A stretch of 64,000 nt of DNA from Candidatus Omnitrophota bacterium (GTDB lineage Bacteria; Omnitrophota; Gorgyraeia; 1-14-0-20-64-10), in assembly GCA_023248155.1 (NCBI GenBank), contig JAHFFE010000007.1, positions 4,401-68,400 of the forward strand, in the 5' to 3' direction. The position numbers and the translations under genes are program-made. Each line of letters starts with the position of its first letter. Within the stretch, counting starts at the first letter, position 1. The notes below the pieces were generated by a model that saw only the letters and a list, made by a program, of their open reading frames with translations, made no database searches and was not told the DNA's origin. Positions 11,201 to 20,229 of the stretch are shown here, one piece after another.

Positions 11201-14200
11201 TCATCCTTGCGACCGACAGCCGGTTTTTTGATTCGGCCATTACCGATGGGCAGGTTTATGATTCCCGCAATGCCCGGGTTCTTTTCCTGACTTCGGATTC
11301 CAACTACGCGCCGAATCTTCCAAGCGGCGATAAAAATCCGGTTCACCGTTCGATCATTGATTCCGGACCTTTGCAATTAGAGGAGTTAACGGAAGCGCAG
11401 GCAAAAGATCCGTCATTGAAAAATCCGGAGGGTGTTTTTACGGTTCTTGACGCGCCTGATTTTCTCTCTAATTTTGGAGCGTTTGCGTTTGGAATCATGC
11501 TGGCGGATGAATTCTCGCATCAGAATGAGGAATCCCTTCGAACTCGTCCCGCCGAAGAGATTAGCCGGTTTAATTTGAGTGCCGAGTCCGCCTCTCCTGC
11601 GGGGGTTCCATTGGACTCTGTTCCTTTGCCGCAGCCGTTGAACAGTCTGGAGACTTTTTTGACCACGAGCGGCGGCCGCCCATTGGGCGAATCAAATCTT
11701 TTTAATCAATTAAGCACTCTGTCGGCAAAGCAATCGATCCAGGGGGTAATGGCTCCTTATCGTGACAGGCCGCAACAGACGGCTGTTTATCTGGCGTTTC
11801 CCTATCAAGATCCGGGTCAGGCTCAAACCGTGCTTACCGGTATTGTTTCAGATGTTGCCAATTTTCTGAAAAAGCGAGACCCAATCATCGATTCCTTTGG
11901 CCGAAGTTACGATGGGATTTTTTATCTGACACTGGTATTTGATAATACAGTCTGGTCTGCCGTTCCCGGCTTGCTTCAGGCAATTCAATCGTCTGTTCAG
12001 GCCCGCGCAGTTCCGGGAGCGCCTGTTTCTATTGATTCTTCCGCGATGCCTGGCACGGGAGTACAATCATCCACGGTATTTACGGGTCTCAGGGAAGGGG
12101 TTGTTGGCGGAGATGCGGCCGCTGAGACGGCCTTTATTGCCGAAATGAACCGGGTGCTTGGATTTGAGCACGTGTCCGATCAGGGGGATGTCGCGAACCA
12201 AATTCTGGAAGGTTATCGCCGGTTCCATGAAACGCGTACTCCTCAGGTTTTCGCGGTGCCCCATCCTTCCGGGGAGGCCAACCGATTCATATTGGCGGCC
12301 ATCGATGAAAATCTTCCCCATTTGGTAAACGCGCATGTGACCGAGCCGCTTGATCGGAGGGAAGGATTGGATTATGCGACATTAGCGGGACAGAGAATCG
12401 ATCATGTCGCCGGATTGATGGTCATGGATGTTCAAAATGTTCTTGCGGATGATATTGCCGCGATCGCCGCGAAAGCTCAGAAATCTTTAAGAGGCGCGGA
12501 TGCTCCCGCCGCGTTCCTCGCGATTTTTGATCCGTTTGAGTACCAACTTCCGGGATCGCCGCTAAAATCTTCTGTCTACGCTGAATTCCTGCTTGTTCAG
12601 GAAGGGGCCAAAGTTCGGACCATCATTTCCGATTATGTTCCTCTTCGTGGGCAACAGAATGCCTTCTCGGTGACCTTTCGGGATGATACCTTATCTGCCG
12701 AAGCGCTTGACCGCGATATTCGCGCGGCCATCACCCGACATGGTTTAAAGATTGCAACCGACCCTGCCGCAAATGAAATGGTATTCTCGGTTGTCTATGA
12801 AGGGGTTCGCTTTATGCGATACATTGTGAATTCCATTACTACCGTAGACGGCAAGCTTGATGAGAGATTGTTAACAACGGTTGAAGAGGTTGACGCCTTT
12901 GTCGCTCCGTCTTCCGCGGACAGTGCCGTGGTGTTGCGCGATCAATTGGTTGAACAGGCGCACCAGGAATTTCTGGCGGACCCCATCCAGGGGATTCATT
13001 TTAAAGCCGAATACGATACGCAAACAAATCAAACGGTTTTGGTTGTTGTCAGTGAAATTGGTCAGCCCAATCTGGTGGCGGCTGTTTCTGCCGTCGTATC
13101 AGAGGCCAAGCTTGATCTTGGGAGAAACTTTGGCGCGCTTTCGGATCGTTCCGGAGAAGATGTGGAGTATTTCATCGTACCGGGCGAAGTGCCGGCCGCG
13201 ACCATTGACCAGATTCAAAACAGACTCTCGGCAACGGTTACGCTTCATTTCCAGAGAGCAGTGTTGGAAGTGCTGCCTTCTTTAAATTCAAACGAAATAG
13301 CTCTCCATTTTCGTGACTTTAGATCCGCGGTTGAGAACGGGGTTGCTTTCCCAACTTTGTTGGCTGAGGGCACTTCCAATCCGGATAAGCAAATCCTCTC
13401 GTTTGCTGTTCGTCAGCCATCCGTTGCTGATATGCGAATACAGTTATTACAATCTATCGTCAGAATTTTCGACTTAAACTCAAACGGGATTACCGGAAAC
13501 ACTTTTTTTGAATACGACGGTGTAATGATCTTCCATGCGAATATCGCAAAAACCGCACTCGGTTCCCCGATTAACGTTGTACAACAGCAGATCACGGAGG
13601 TCTTGCAGCCGTTCAAGGCTGGTTTGGAAGAAACCGCTGGAAAAGCCACCGAGGATCAACGGCTGGATGTGTTGGGCGCCAGCGCACGGTTCCTGCGGGT
13701 TTTGGAGGCGGGCGGTGCCACGGTTACATTCTCCGGTCCTTTGCACGATAACGGTTTGGTTAATTCGTTGGAGGGCGCTGTCAGCGTTGTGAACGCGCAG
13801 CGGCTGGAGGGAGGCGCTTATACGGTGGCAACCTATTACCCGGGTGGTGGAACAAAGACGAGCGCTGTTCTTTTGGAACAGAGGGAATTGCCGGATGTTC
13901 AGGTTAGGGATGTGACCAGCGACTTGAATAATTTGCGCGCCTCAACGGCTGAAGCGGTTACTTTCACTCTGAATCAGGTGCCGGTTGTTTCGAGTCAACA
14001 GGCGATAACCCAGGGATTTGTATTCGGATCTTCAACCGGGCTGGCTCTCGGGGTAGCGTTAAGCCGTGTCCAGGATTCTAACGGGAATCGTTTGCCCGCG
14101 GCTTTTGTGGTAGCCAACGGAGATCAGCGGGCTGTCTTGGAGCGGATCGACGGGATTTCTCCGGAGAGCATCCACGCTACGGCAGACCAGGCCGAAGCGT

Positions 14201-14382
14201 GGCTGTTGGAACAGTATCCGGCTGTTACGTCCGATGCAATTCAGGATTTCGGAATAACGAAACCGGTTTCTCAAACCGTGGTACAGATTTTTGAAATTCT
14301 GTTTGGCATCACGCCGGATGCCGCGCTTCAGTTCCAATTAGAACAGTTAGTTGCCCAGGCCACGCTGGCCTTCCAGGCATAA
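5227..14382 (+). CDS. Giant exported protein 2 (3051 aa) with an embedded GlmS-like module (class II glutamine amidotransferase + 2 SIS domains)
   Basis: An uninterrupted 9.2 kb ORF with a GGAGAGAGA SD. The N-terminus is TM/signal plus AWALRPG..GLEE. Internal matches to E. coli GlmS by eye: [23 protein letters not shown] (MCGIVG..LRRLEYRGYDSAGLAV), [29 protein letters not shown] ([29 protein letters not shown]), [11 protein letters not shown] (ETDTEVIAHL), SIS motifs [14 protein letters not shown] and [11 protein letters not shown] (VASTKAFTTQL), and C-terminal [10 protein letters not shown], identical to the GlmS C-terminus. Confidence 0.85.
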   Translation: [3051 protein letters not shown]

Positions 14383-14386
14383 AAAA

Positions 14387-17300
14387 ATGAAAATAAAATT
14401 TTCTCCGGTTTTTAAGAGATTTGCAGGCTGGCTTGCAATCGTTTCATTAACACTTTTGCAGGCAGTACCCAGTTATGCTCTACGCCCCCTTGCTGCCGGA
14501 CAGGAAGAGCGAACTCAAAGCAGTTTGAAGCAGTCACTGCGTTTATCAGCTGGGAATGCCACCTCCGGTTTTGAGGAAATTCCTGCTGAAGTTGCTGCAG
14601 AAGCTGAACTGCGCAGATGGAAAGAAGATAAAGGCACTGGCTTCTTTATTACTCCTCAGGGCGGACGGGTGGCAATTCATACCAATGTTCCTGGATTGGA
14701 TGTAAATATTTTCTCGATTGATCGGGAAGCTCAGATCTACTCCACCGCTGTTGTGCTTGGTGAGCAAACGGTTCTCAAGAAGGGCGCCCAGGTGTATGGC
14801 ATCGTGCAAGACGCGGAAGTGCATGAGAATGCCGTCCAGCGCGGTATTTTAAGAACGCTTGTTTCGTTGGCTGAGGATTGGAATCCGAAATTTTTGGGAG
14901 CGCAAGTTCCTTCTGATCCGGCGATTATGACAAAGATCAGCGGCAAAGAAGTCATCAAATCCGTTCTGGGCAAGGGAGCCCGTATTGAAACCAATGAGGT
15001 GGAATTAATCAACACCCATGTTGATTCGGTGGATGACGATAACTATCGAACTATTTTAGGATTGGGCGGCATGTACCAGAATGTTGAGATCGGCGCTGGA
15101 AACCGCCACGTGGGTCAGGGGCGCATCAAGGTCATGTTCCCCACCCGGTTTGAAGATCTGGTAACGGTTATGGCCGATGAGGGAGTGGTGCAAGAGTTCG
15201 CCGAGGCGCGAATTCCGATGGGCCGCACCTACGCGGGCGATGCGCATGGATATATTGAGTTTACAGGCTCTAATGGTTATTTGTGGATGGACGGGGTTGG
15301 CACTGTTCACGAAGTCAGCAATCTGCCCTCCGTGGGTGTTTCTATTGGTGAGATCTTTGCCAGCTTTGACGGCACTCTTCCGCTGAAGGAAGCTACCATT
15401 CCGAAATTGACTTCAAAGCAAGGAAGCGGCCACTGGTGGGTTGGCGGTGGGGCCGGGACGATTTCCGCGGGAGCGGTAGTCATTGGTCTTCACCATGGCG
15501 CTGTAACGGAAACCGGTGATCTTTTGAAGGCGTCCAATGTCACCGCGCCGGCTGGTTTTGTTGTGTTACAAAATTCAGTGACGGGCATCCCTTTTCCGGG
15601 TAGTCATGTTACCGGTTTGAGCCAAACCAAACAGCAGAATCCTCTGTGGGTGTTCCGTGAGCATCCCGAAGTGGTCTGGGGGTTGGTCTATGAAGCATGG
15701 CAACAGGCCAAGCGGGTGGCCGAATTGCGGGCCATACAAAATACTGAGTTTGATAAAAATGCCTACCTGAAACAAGCGGCCATCGATTTGGCCCAGTGGC
15801 CGCAGAGAATGCTTTCTACTGTTTCCGCATTGGCAGGGCAAAGGAATCGTTCGGATGTAAAGCAGCAGGCCGATTCATTAAGAAAACAATTCAGCATGGA
15901 AGCGAATACTCCGCAGCTGTTGGACCAGTTGGTTGAAGGGACAACCGCAAAGACAAATGGGTACAGCGATGCGGTTGCGTTGGCAAGAAAGCTGTGGAGT
16001 GAAAGCCCTCTCTCTAAAAAAGATGCCGTGGTTCGAGATGCTTTGAAACAGCATGTTTTATGGTCCGATCAGGATCGCCGTTTTTTTGAGAACGGAGCGC
16101 AATCTCCCATAGTTCAATCGTCCGTAGAAAAAGACCCAACCGCTGTTGTGATCGGATCCAATCGCTTGACGGGCAACACTTACTTGGGCCGGGGCGTCAT
16201 CGTCGTGGGTTCTGAACTGCACGATGTTCGCGTGGAGGGTGTTTCCGAAGCCGATTATGCGGCTGGCAAGAGGGTTCTGGTGATTAACAGCCGTGTTCAG
16301 CGGACTTCTGTTGGAGAGGGAACTTCTCTGGTTCAAGTGGTTGCCGACGGCATGAAATTGGGCAAGAATTCAGATTTCAGACTTTCACGGCTGGAGCGCG
16401 GCGCTGTCGGGGATCAATCATGGGCCTCAGGCGCTTATTTTGTAAATTCCGCTGTCGGCAGTAAAGCCGAATTGAAAACAGGTTCCTACACATTCAATAC
16501 GACCGCCGGAAACACGGTAATCATTGGCGGTATTCTAATGGAGTCCGTCGTTGGAGACGGTTATGTGATGAACCATGCCGGAGCGGCCGGTTTTGGTGTG
16601 CGTGCTTCGAACATTCCTGTTAAGAATGAGACTGGAAAATTATTGGGAACAGTGCCTAATCCGACCAACCATTCCGACGGGGTGTTGATGGGAGATCCTT
16701 CTAAAGGCCCGGATCAGGTCTTTCTAGACGGGCATGTAATGATGGGCGCTCACGCCTGGCTGAAAACGGTTACGGACGATGGGGAATTAAATCCGGTCCA
16801 TATCGGGGCCGGTTCTTTTGTAAAAGGATTTGTTCCGCCGGGGCAGAGGGTTATCCCGCTTCAGTTCTTTGACGCGGCAGTCAACGGGAGTGCGAATCCT
16901 TCTCTGGTGCTGGATCGTCTTGGGCCATCCTTCATTCAGTTTTTGATCGGTTATCCGCTGCGTAAAGCTAATCCTGATCAGGCGCAGCTGGTTGCTTATT
17001 TGATGCCGACATTGATCCGCGAAGCCATTGCTCAATGGGATCAATACGGCAAAGCCATGGGTTTTTCGCCCGAGCAAATAGCTGCTGTGAAAGCACAGCT
17101 GTCCGACGAGCATTTGAACAGCGGCAATTGGAATTCGGTTTGGGATCCGGGCCGATCTGCGCCAGAGGCAGTCCAGCCGGGGCTGGTTCTTCAAGTTCCG
17201 TTGTTTAAAACTCCTGACAACAAATATGCTTTTGGCGGACCCAAACCTTCCGTTGATTCAAAAAAACCTGTTGTTTCGCTGGAGTCGGTGCCTGTCCAAA

Positions 17301-20224
17301 ATCGCGTTCTTGCCATTGAGTTGGGAGGCACATTCATACGGGTGGCTTTGGTGGACAATCGTGGTGATGGGAAAATTCTACTGACCGTTCCGGATGCGCA
17401 AATCGCGTTTATCCCGAATGTAGTTCATAGCGACGCATCCCAGAGACAGACGGTTCTGGATCAGATTGCGGCACAGGAACAGGCGCTCCTGAGGGCAGCC
17501 GGAATTGACGCTGCACAAATTGGTAAAAAAGCTGTCAGTTCTCCCGGTATTATCGATCCAAGCGGATTCGTGAACCTTCAATATAACTTGCCGTTTACCG
17601 GACAGAGCCTAGCGCAATTGCTGCAGGCAGATGTCATGAACGACATGGTAGCCGCTGTCTTTTCGGAAGCCACACCGGCAGCTTTTGAAGGGGTGGGCCG
17701 TGTTTTCTATGCGACTATTTCCAGCGGTGTTGGTGCGGCAGATATCGATAAATCAGGTCAGGTAACGAATCGTGAACTCGGAGGGCTTGCAGTACCCGGA
17801 GGCAAGTTGGAAGATTTTGTATCAGGAATCGCATTGGGCAATCTTGCTCGTCAAAAAGTCGAACAGCAGGCTGAAGGGTTTCAGAGGATTCTTCAGTTGG
17901 CGGATGGAGATAAGCAAAAAATTGAGGGAGTAACGGTCGGACTGGCTTTTGCCGAGGGAAATCCGGTTGCCGTTGAATTGGTCAATAACGCGGCTCGAAT
18001 ATTAGCTGATGGAATCGTGAGCATGACTCGTACTGTTGCGGATGGACAGCCTGAGTCTGTCCGATGGATTCTTGGCGGCGGAGTCGGCCAGGGAATCGGC
18101 CAGAGATTCCTCTCTTTGGTAGATGAGCAAGTGCGGAAAAATTTGGGGCCCTCTTCTGACTTGAAAATATTTATCCAGTTGTCTACTCAAAACCCGCAGG
18201 AGCGCGGGTTGGTGGGTGCGGCTCGAAAAACCGCCGCTGGCCAGGAAGAGACCATTACGCTGGAATCGGCCGCGCAGATCGTACGCGGTTGGGATCAACT
18301 GCAGTTGGCTCAGCAACAGGCGGTGGTACAGTCGTTGGCCGATCACGGCTACACGACGGAAAAACATCTCCGCAATAGCGGATTGGTCGTGAACGGATCT
18401 TCGGATCTGCCGGCCAGTTTCGTGGCGTTCCCGCCGGTCGTGGATGGCACGCCGCGGGGAAACGAGCGTGAAAATTTACTGGCGACTGGATTGTCTCCAG
18501 CTGTGTTGCAGAAGCAGGGCGTGATTATCGCTGCGGCAGGGGAAGGGTCCCGTCTTTTGCAGGCCGCAATTGAGCAACAATTGTTGCCGTCCGATGGCGC
18601 CGATATTTACACAAAACCGACAGCTCCGGTCACTCCGGTTCGCGGGCAGTCCACGCTGGGATACCAACTTGAAACTTTGGCCGACATGGCCGCCACGCAC
18701 GGTGTTTCCATGCCGGTTCGCGTGGTTTTGCATCCTGAAGTCGGCCGCAAAGTGGCCGACTGGATCGCGGCCAATCGAAATTTCGGGCTGCAGCATCTGG
18801 AGCTTGTTTTTCAGGGGATGAATCCGGCGCTGGATGAAACGGGGCAGATTGTTTTGCGCGATGATAATACCGTTTCGTTTAATCCGGACGGGACCGGCGG
18901 TGTGGTTCAAGCGGCGTTGGCCAACCGCGGCGAGCAATGGTTTTTGAATCAGCTGGGGCAGGATGGGCGCGTTCAGGTGATCAACGGCGATATGCTGCTT
19001 GAAGCCAACCTGGTTGGATTAGTCGCCGGGGTCGGCGAGACAAAACCGGTGGTAGGCATCGGCTATAGATACCCTCTGGAGAAAGAATCTCCCACAGGTC
19101 CGCACCGGTTCAAACTGGGGACATTCACGGTGTTGAATGAAGGAGGTCGAACGGTTGCAAAAATTGTTGAGTACAAAGAGCGCGGATTGGTAACTGGCAT
19201 GGCGGGTGCCGTTGTAACCGCCGAACAAGCAGGAACACCGATTATAGCCAACAGCGGTGTTTACGCGTTCCCGGTTGCCGGTCTGGCGGCAAAGACCGCT
19301 GATTTGGTTCCGCATCATCAGAAAGATAAAGATGCGGCCGGGGTGGCTGAAAAAGTTCAAAAGGTTGAAAATTTTGCTACCGATATTCCTGCGACATTCT
19401 CGTCTGATCAAGTTGGGATTTTGTCGGTCGATCAGGCTGTTTTAACGCCTGTCAAAGATGCAGCCGCTCTGAAGCAGGTTCGTGACGGGGCCGTTGCTCG
19501 CGAGCGAGCGCGTGCCCAGGCGCTGGGAATTAAATTGTCGGACCGGGCAAGCGTGGAATTTCATCCGGCGTTATTGACGGCGGGTCGGGTTCAAATCGGA
19601 AAAAATGTTCGTGTTGAAGGCAATGTCGGTATTTATTTCGGGCCGAATGGCGTAACGCTTTACAGACAGGCTCAACCGGATAAACCCTGGGAACCGTTTG
19701 CCATGGATCAGACCGAGACTCTCCGGTTTGCGTCTTCCGCCGCCGGCGTAGTCATTCGAATTCCGGACAATACGGTCTTTTCTGAAACAGGCATTACCGC
19801 GGGCGCGGAAGAGCGTGGTCAATTGCCGTCGGCGACGGTGCAGCGCGCGAATGTGGGCGTGGTGGCCGCTACACCACGCGGATTGGCCCTTGGTGTGGCG
19901 ATCCAACAAGGCGTACAGGGTGTGGAAGTGGCGTTCGTGGCTGATAATGAAGCGCAGGCATCGGGATTGGAAGAACGCGGCGTCCGTCGTTCGGCGATCT
20001 TTCTTGCGCCGCAGTATGGGTCGGTTTCAGCGGCTGCCGATGCTGCAACGGAATGGCTTTCAGCGAAAGGTTTCAGCGCACAACCGCTGGGTGTTAATGG
20101 TCCCGTCACAGGCCGGATTGAACTTGTTTTATCGGGATTGGGTATTCAGTTGGCGGCTGGCGCCGAAGAGATTTGGAACAACTTCGTTAACAATGTTACT
20201 GCGGCAATGAGCGCCCAGGCATAA
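14387..20224 (+). CDS. Giant exported protein 3 (1945 aa from ATG 14387) with an ASKHA sugar-kinase-like domain, a UDPGP-family UDP-sugar pyrophosphorylase-like domain and left-handed beta-helix segments
   Basis: The ATG lies 4 nt after the preceding stop. The N-terminus has the TM plus SYALRPLAAGQEE. Kinase motifs: VLAIELGGTFIRVALVD, SSPGIIDP, YATISSGVGAA, ELGGLAV. UDPGP motifs: IIAAAGEGSRL and FNPDGTGGV (UAP1/UGPase-type PDGNGG). Hexapeptide-like runs are present, e.g. GKNVRVEGNVGIYFGPNG. Confidence 0.85.
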   Translation: MKIKFSPVFKRFAGWLAIVSLTLLQAVPSYALRPLAAGQEERTQSSLKQSLRLSAGNATSGFEEIPAEVAAEAELRRWKEDKGTGFFITPQGGRVAIHTNVPGLDVNIFSIDREAQIYSTAVVLGEQTVLKKGAQVYGIVQDAEVHENAVQRGILRTLVSLAEDWNPKFLGAQVPSDPAIMTKISGKEVIKSVLGKGARIETNEVELINTHVDSVDDDNYRTILGLGGMYQNVEIGAGNRHVGQGRIKVMFPTRFEDLVTVMADEGVVQEFAEARIPMGRTYAGDAHGYIEFTGSNGYLWMDGVGTVHEVSNLPSVGVSIGEIFASFDGTLPLKEATIPKLTSKQGSGHWWVGGGAGTISAGAVVIGLHHGAVTETGDLLKASNVTAPAGFVVLQNSVTGIPFPGSHVTGLSQTKQQNPLWVFREHPEVVWGLVYEAWQQAKRVAELRAIQNTEFDKNAYLKQAAIDLAQWPQRMLSTVSALAGQRNRSDVKQQADSLRKQFSMEANTPQLLDQLVEGTTAKTNGYSDAVALARKLWSESPLSKKDAVVRDALKQHVLWSDQDRRFFENGAQSPIVQSSVEKDPTAVVIGSNRLTGNTYLGRGVIVVGSELHDVRVEGVSEADYAAGKRVLVINSRVQRTSVGEGTSLVQVVADGMKLGKNSDFRLSRLERGAVGDQSWASGAYFVNSAVGSKAELKTGSYTFNTTAGNTVIIGGILMESVVGDGYVMNHAGAAGFGVRASNIPVKNETGKLLGTVPNPTNHSDGVLMGDPSKGPDQVFLDGHVMMGAHAWLKTVTDDGELNPVHIGAGSFVKGFVPPGQRVIPLQFFDAAVNGSANPSLVLDRLGPSFIQFLIGYPLRKANPDQAQLVAYLMPTLIREAIAQWDQYGKAMGFSPEQIAAVKAQLSDEHLNSGNWNSVWDPGRSAPEAVQPGLVLQVPLFKTPDNKYAFGGPKPSVDSKKPVVSLESVPVQNRVLAIELGGTFIRVALVDNRGDGKILLTVPDAQIAFIPNVVHSDASQRQTVLDQIAAQEQALLRAAGIDAAQIGKKAVSSPGIIDPSGFVNLQYNLPFTGQSLAQLLQADVMNDMVAAVFSEATPAAFEGVGRVFYATISSGVGAADIDKSGQVTNRELGGLAVPGGKLEDFVSGIALGNLARQKVEQQAEGFQRILQLADGDKQKIEGVTVGLAFAEGNPVAVELVNNAARILADGIVSMTRTVADGQPESVRWILGGGVGQGIGQRFLSLVDEQVRKNLGPSSDLKIFIQLSTQNPQERGLVGAARKTAAGQEETITLESAAQIVRGWDQLQLAQQQAVVQSLADHGYTTEKHLRNSGLVVNGSSDLPASFVAFPPVVDGTPRGNERENLLATGLSPAVLQKQGVIIAAAGEGSRLLQAAIEQQLLPSDGADIYTKPTAPVTPVRGQSTLGYQLETLADMAATHGVSMPVRVVLHPEVGRKVADWIAANRNFGLQHLELVFQGMNPALDETGQIVLRDDNTVSFNPDGTGGVVQAALANRGEQWFLNQLGQDGRVQVINGDMLLEANLVGLVAGVGETKPVVGIGYRYPLEKESPTGPHRFKLGTFTVLNEGGRTVAKIVEYKERGLVTGMAGAVVTAEQAGTPIIANSGVYAFPVAGLAAKTADLVPHHQKDKDAAGVAEKVQKVENFATDIPATFSSDQVGILSVDQAVLTPVKDAAALKQVRDGAVARERARAQALGIKLSDRASVEFHPALLTAGRVQIGKNVRVEGNVGIYFGPNGVTLYRQAQPDKPWEPFAMDQTETLRFASSAAGVVIRIPDNTVFSETGITAGAEERGQLPSATVQRANVGVVAATPRGLALGVAIQQGVQGVEVAFVADNEAQASGLEERGVRRSAIFLAPQYGSVSAAADAATEWLSAKGFSAQPLGVNGPVTGRIELVLSGLGIQLAAGAEEIWNNFVNNVTAAMSAQA

Positions 20225-20229
20225 TCGTA

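Noticed and set aside
14351-14386. A TTG start at 14351 extending giant gene 3 into gene 2
   Set aside because: ATG 14387 gives the basic-hydrophobic N-terminus homologous to the other array proteins. The extension is arginine-rich overlap sequence.
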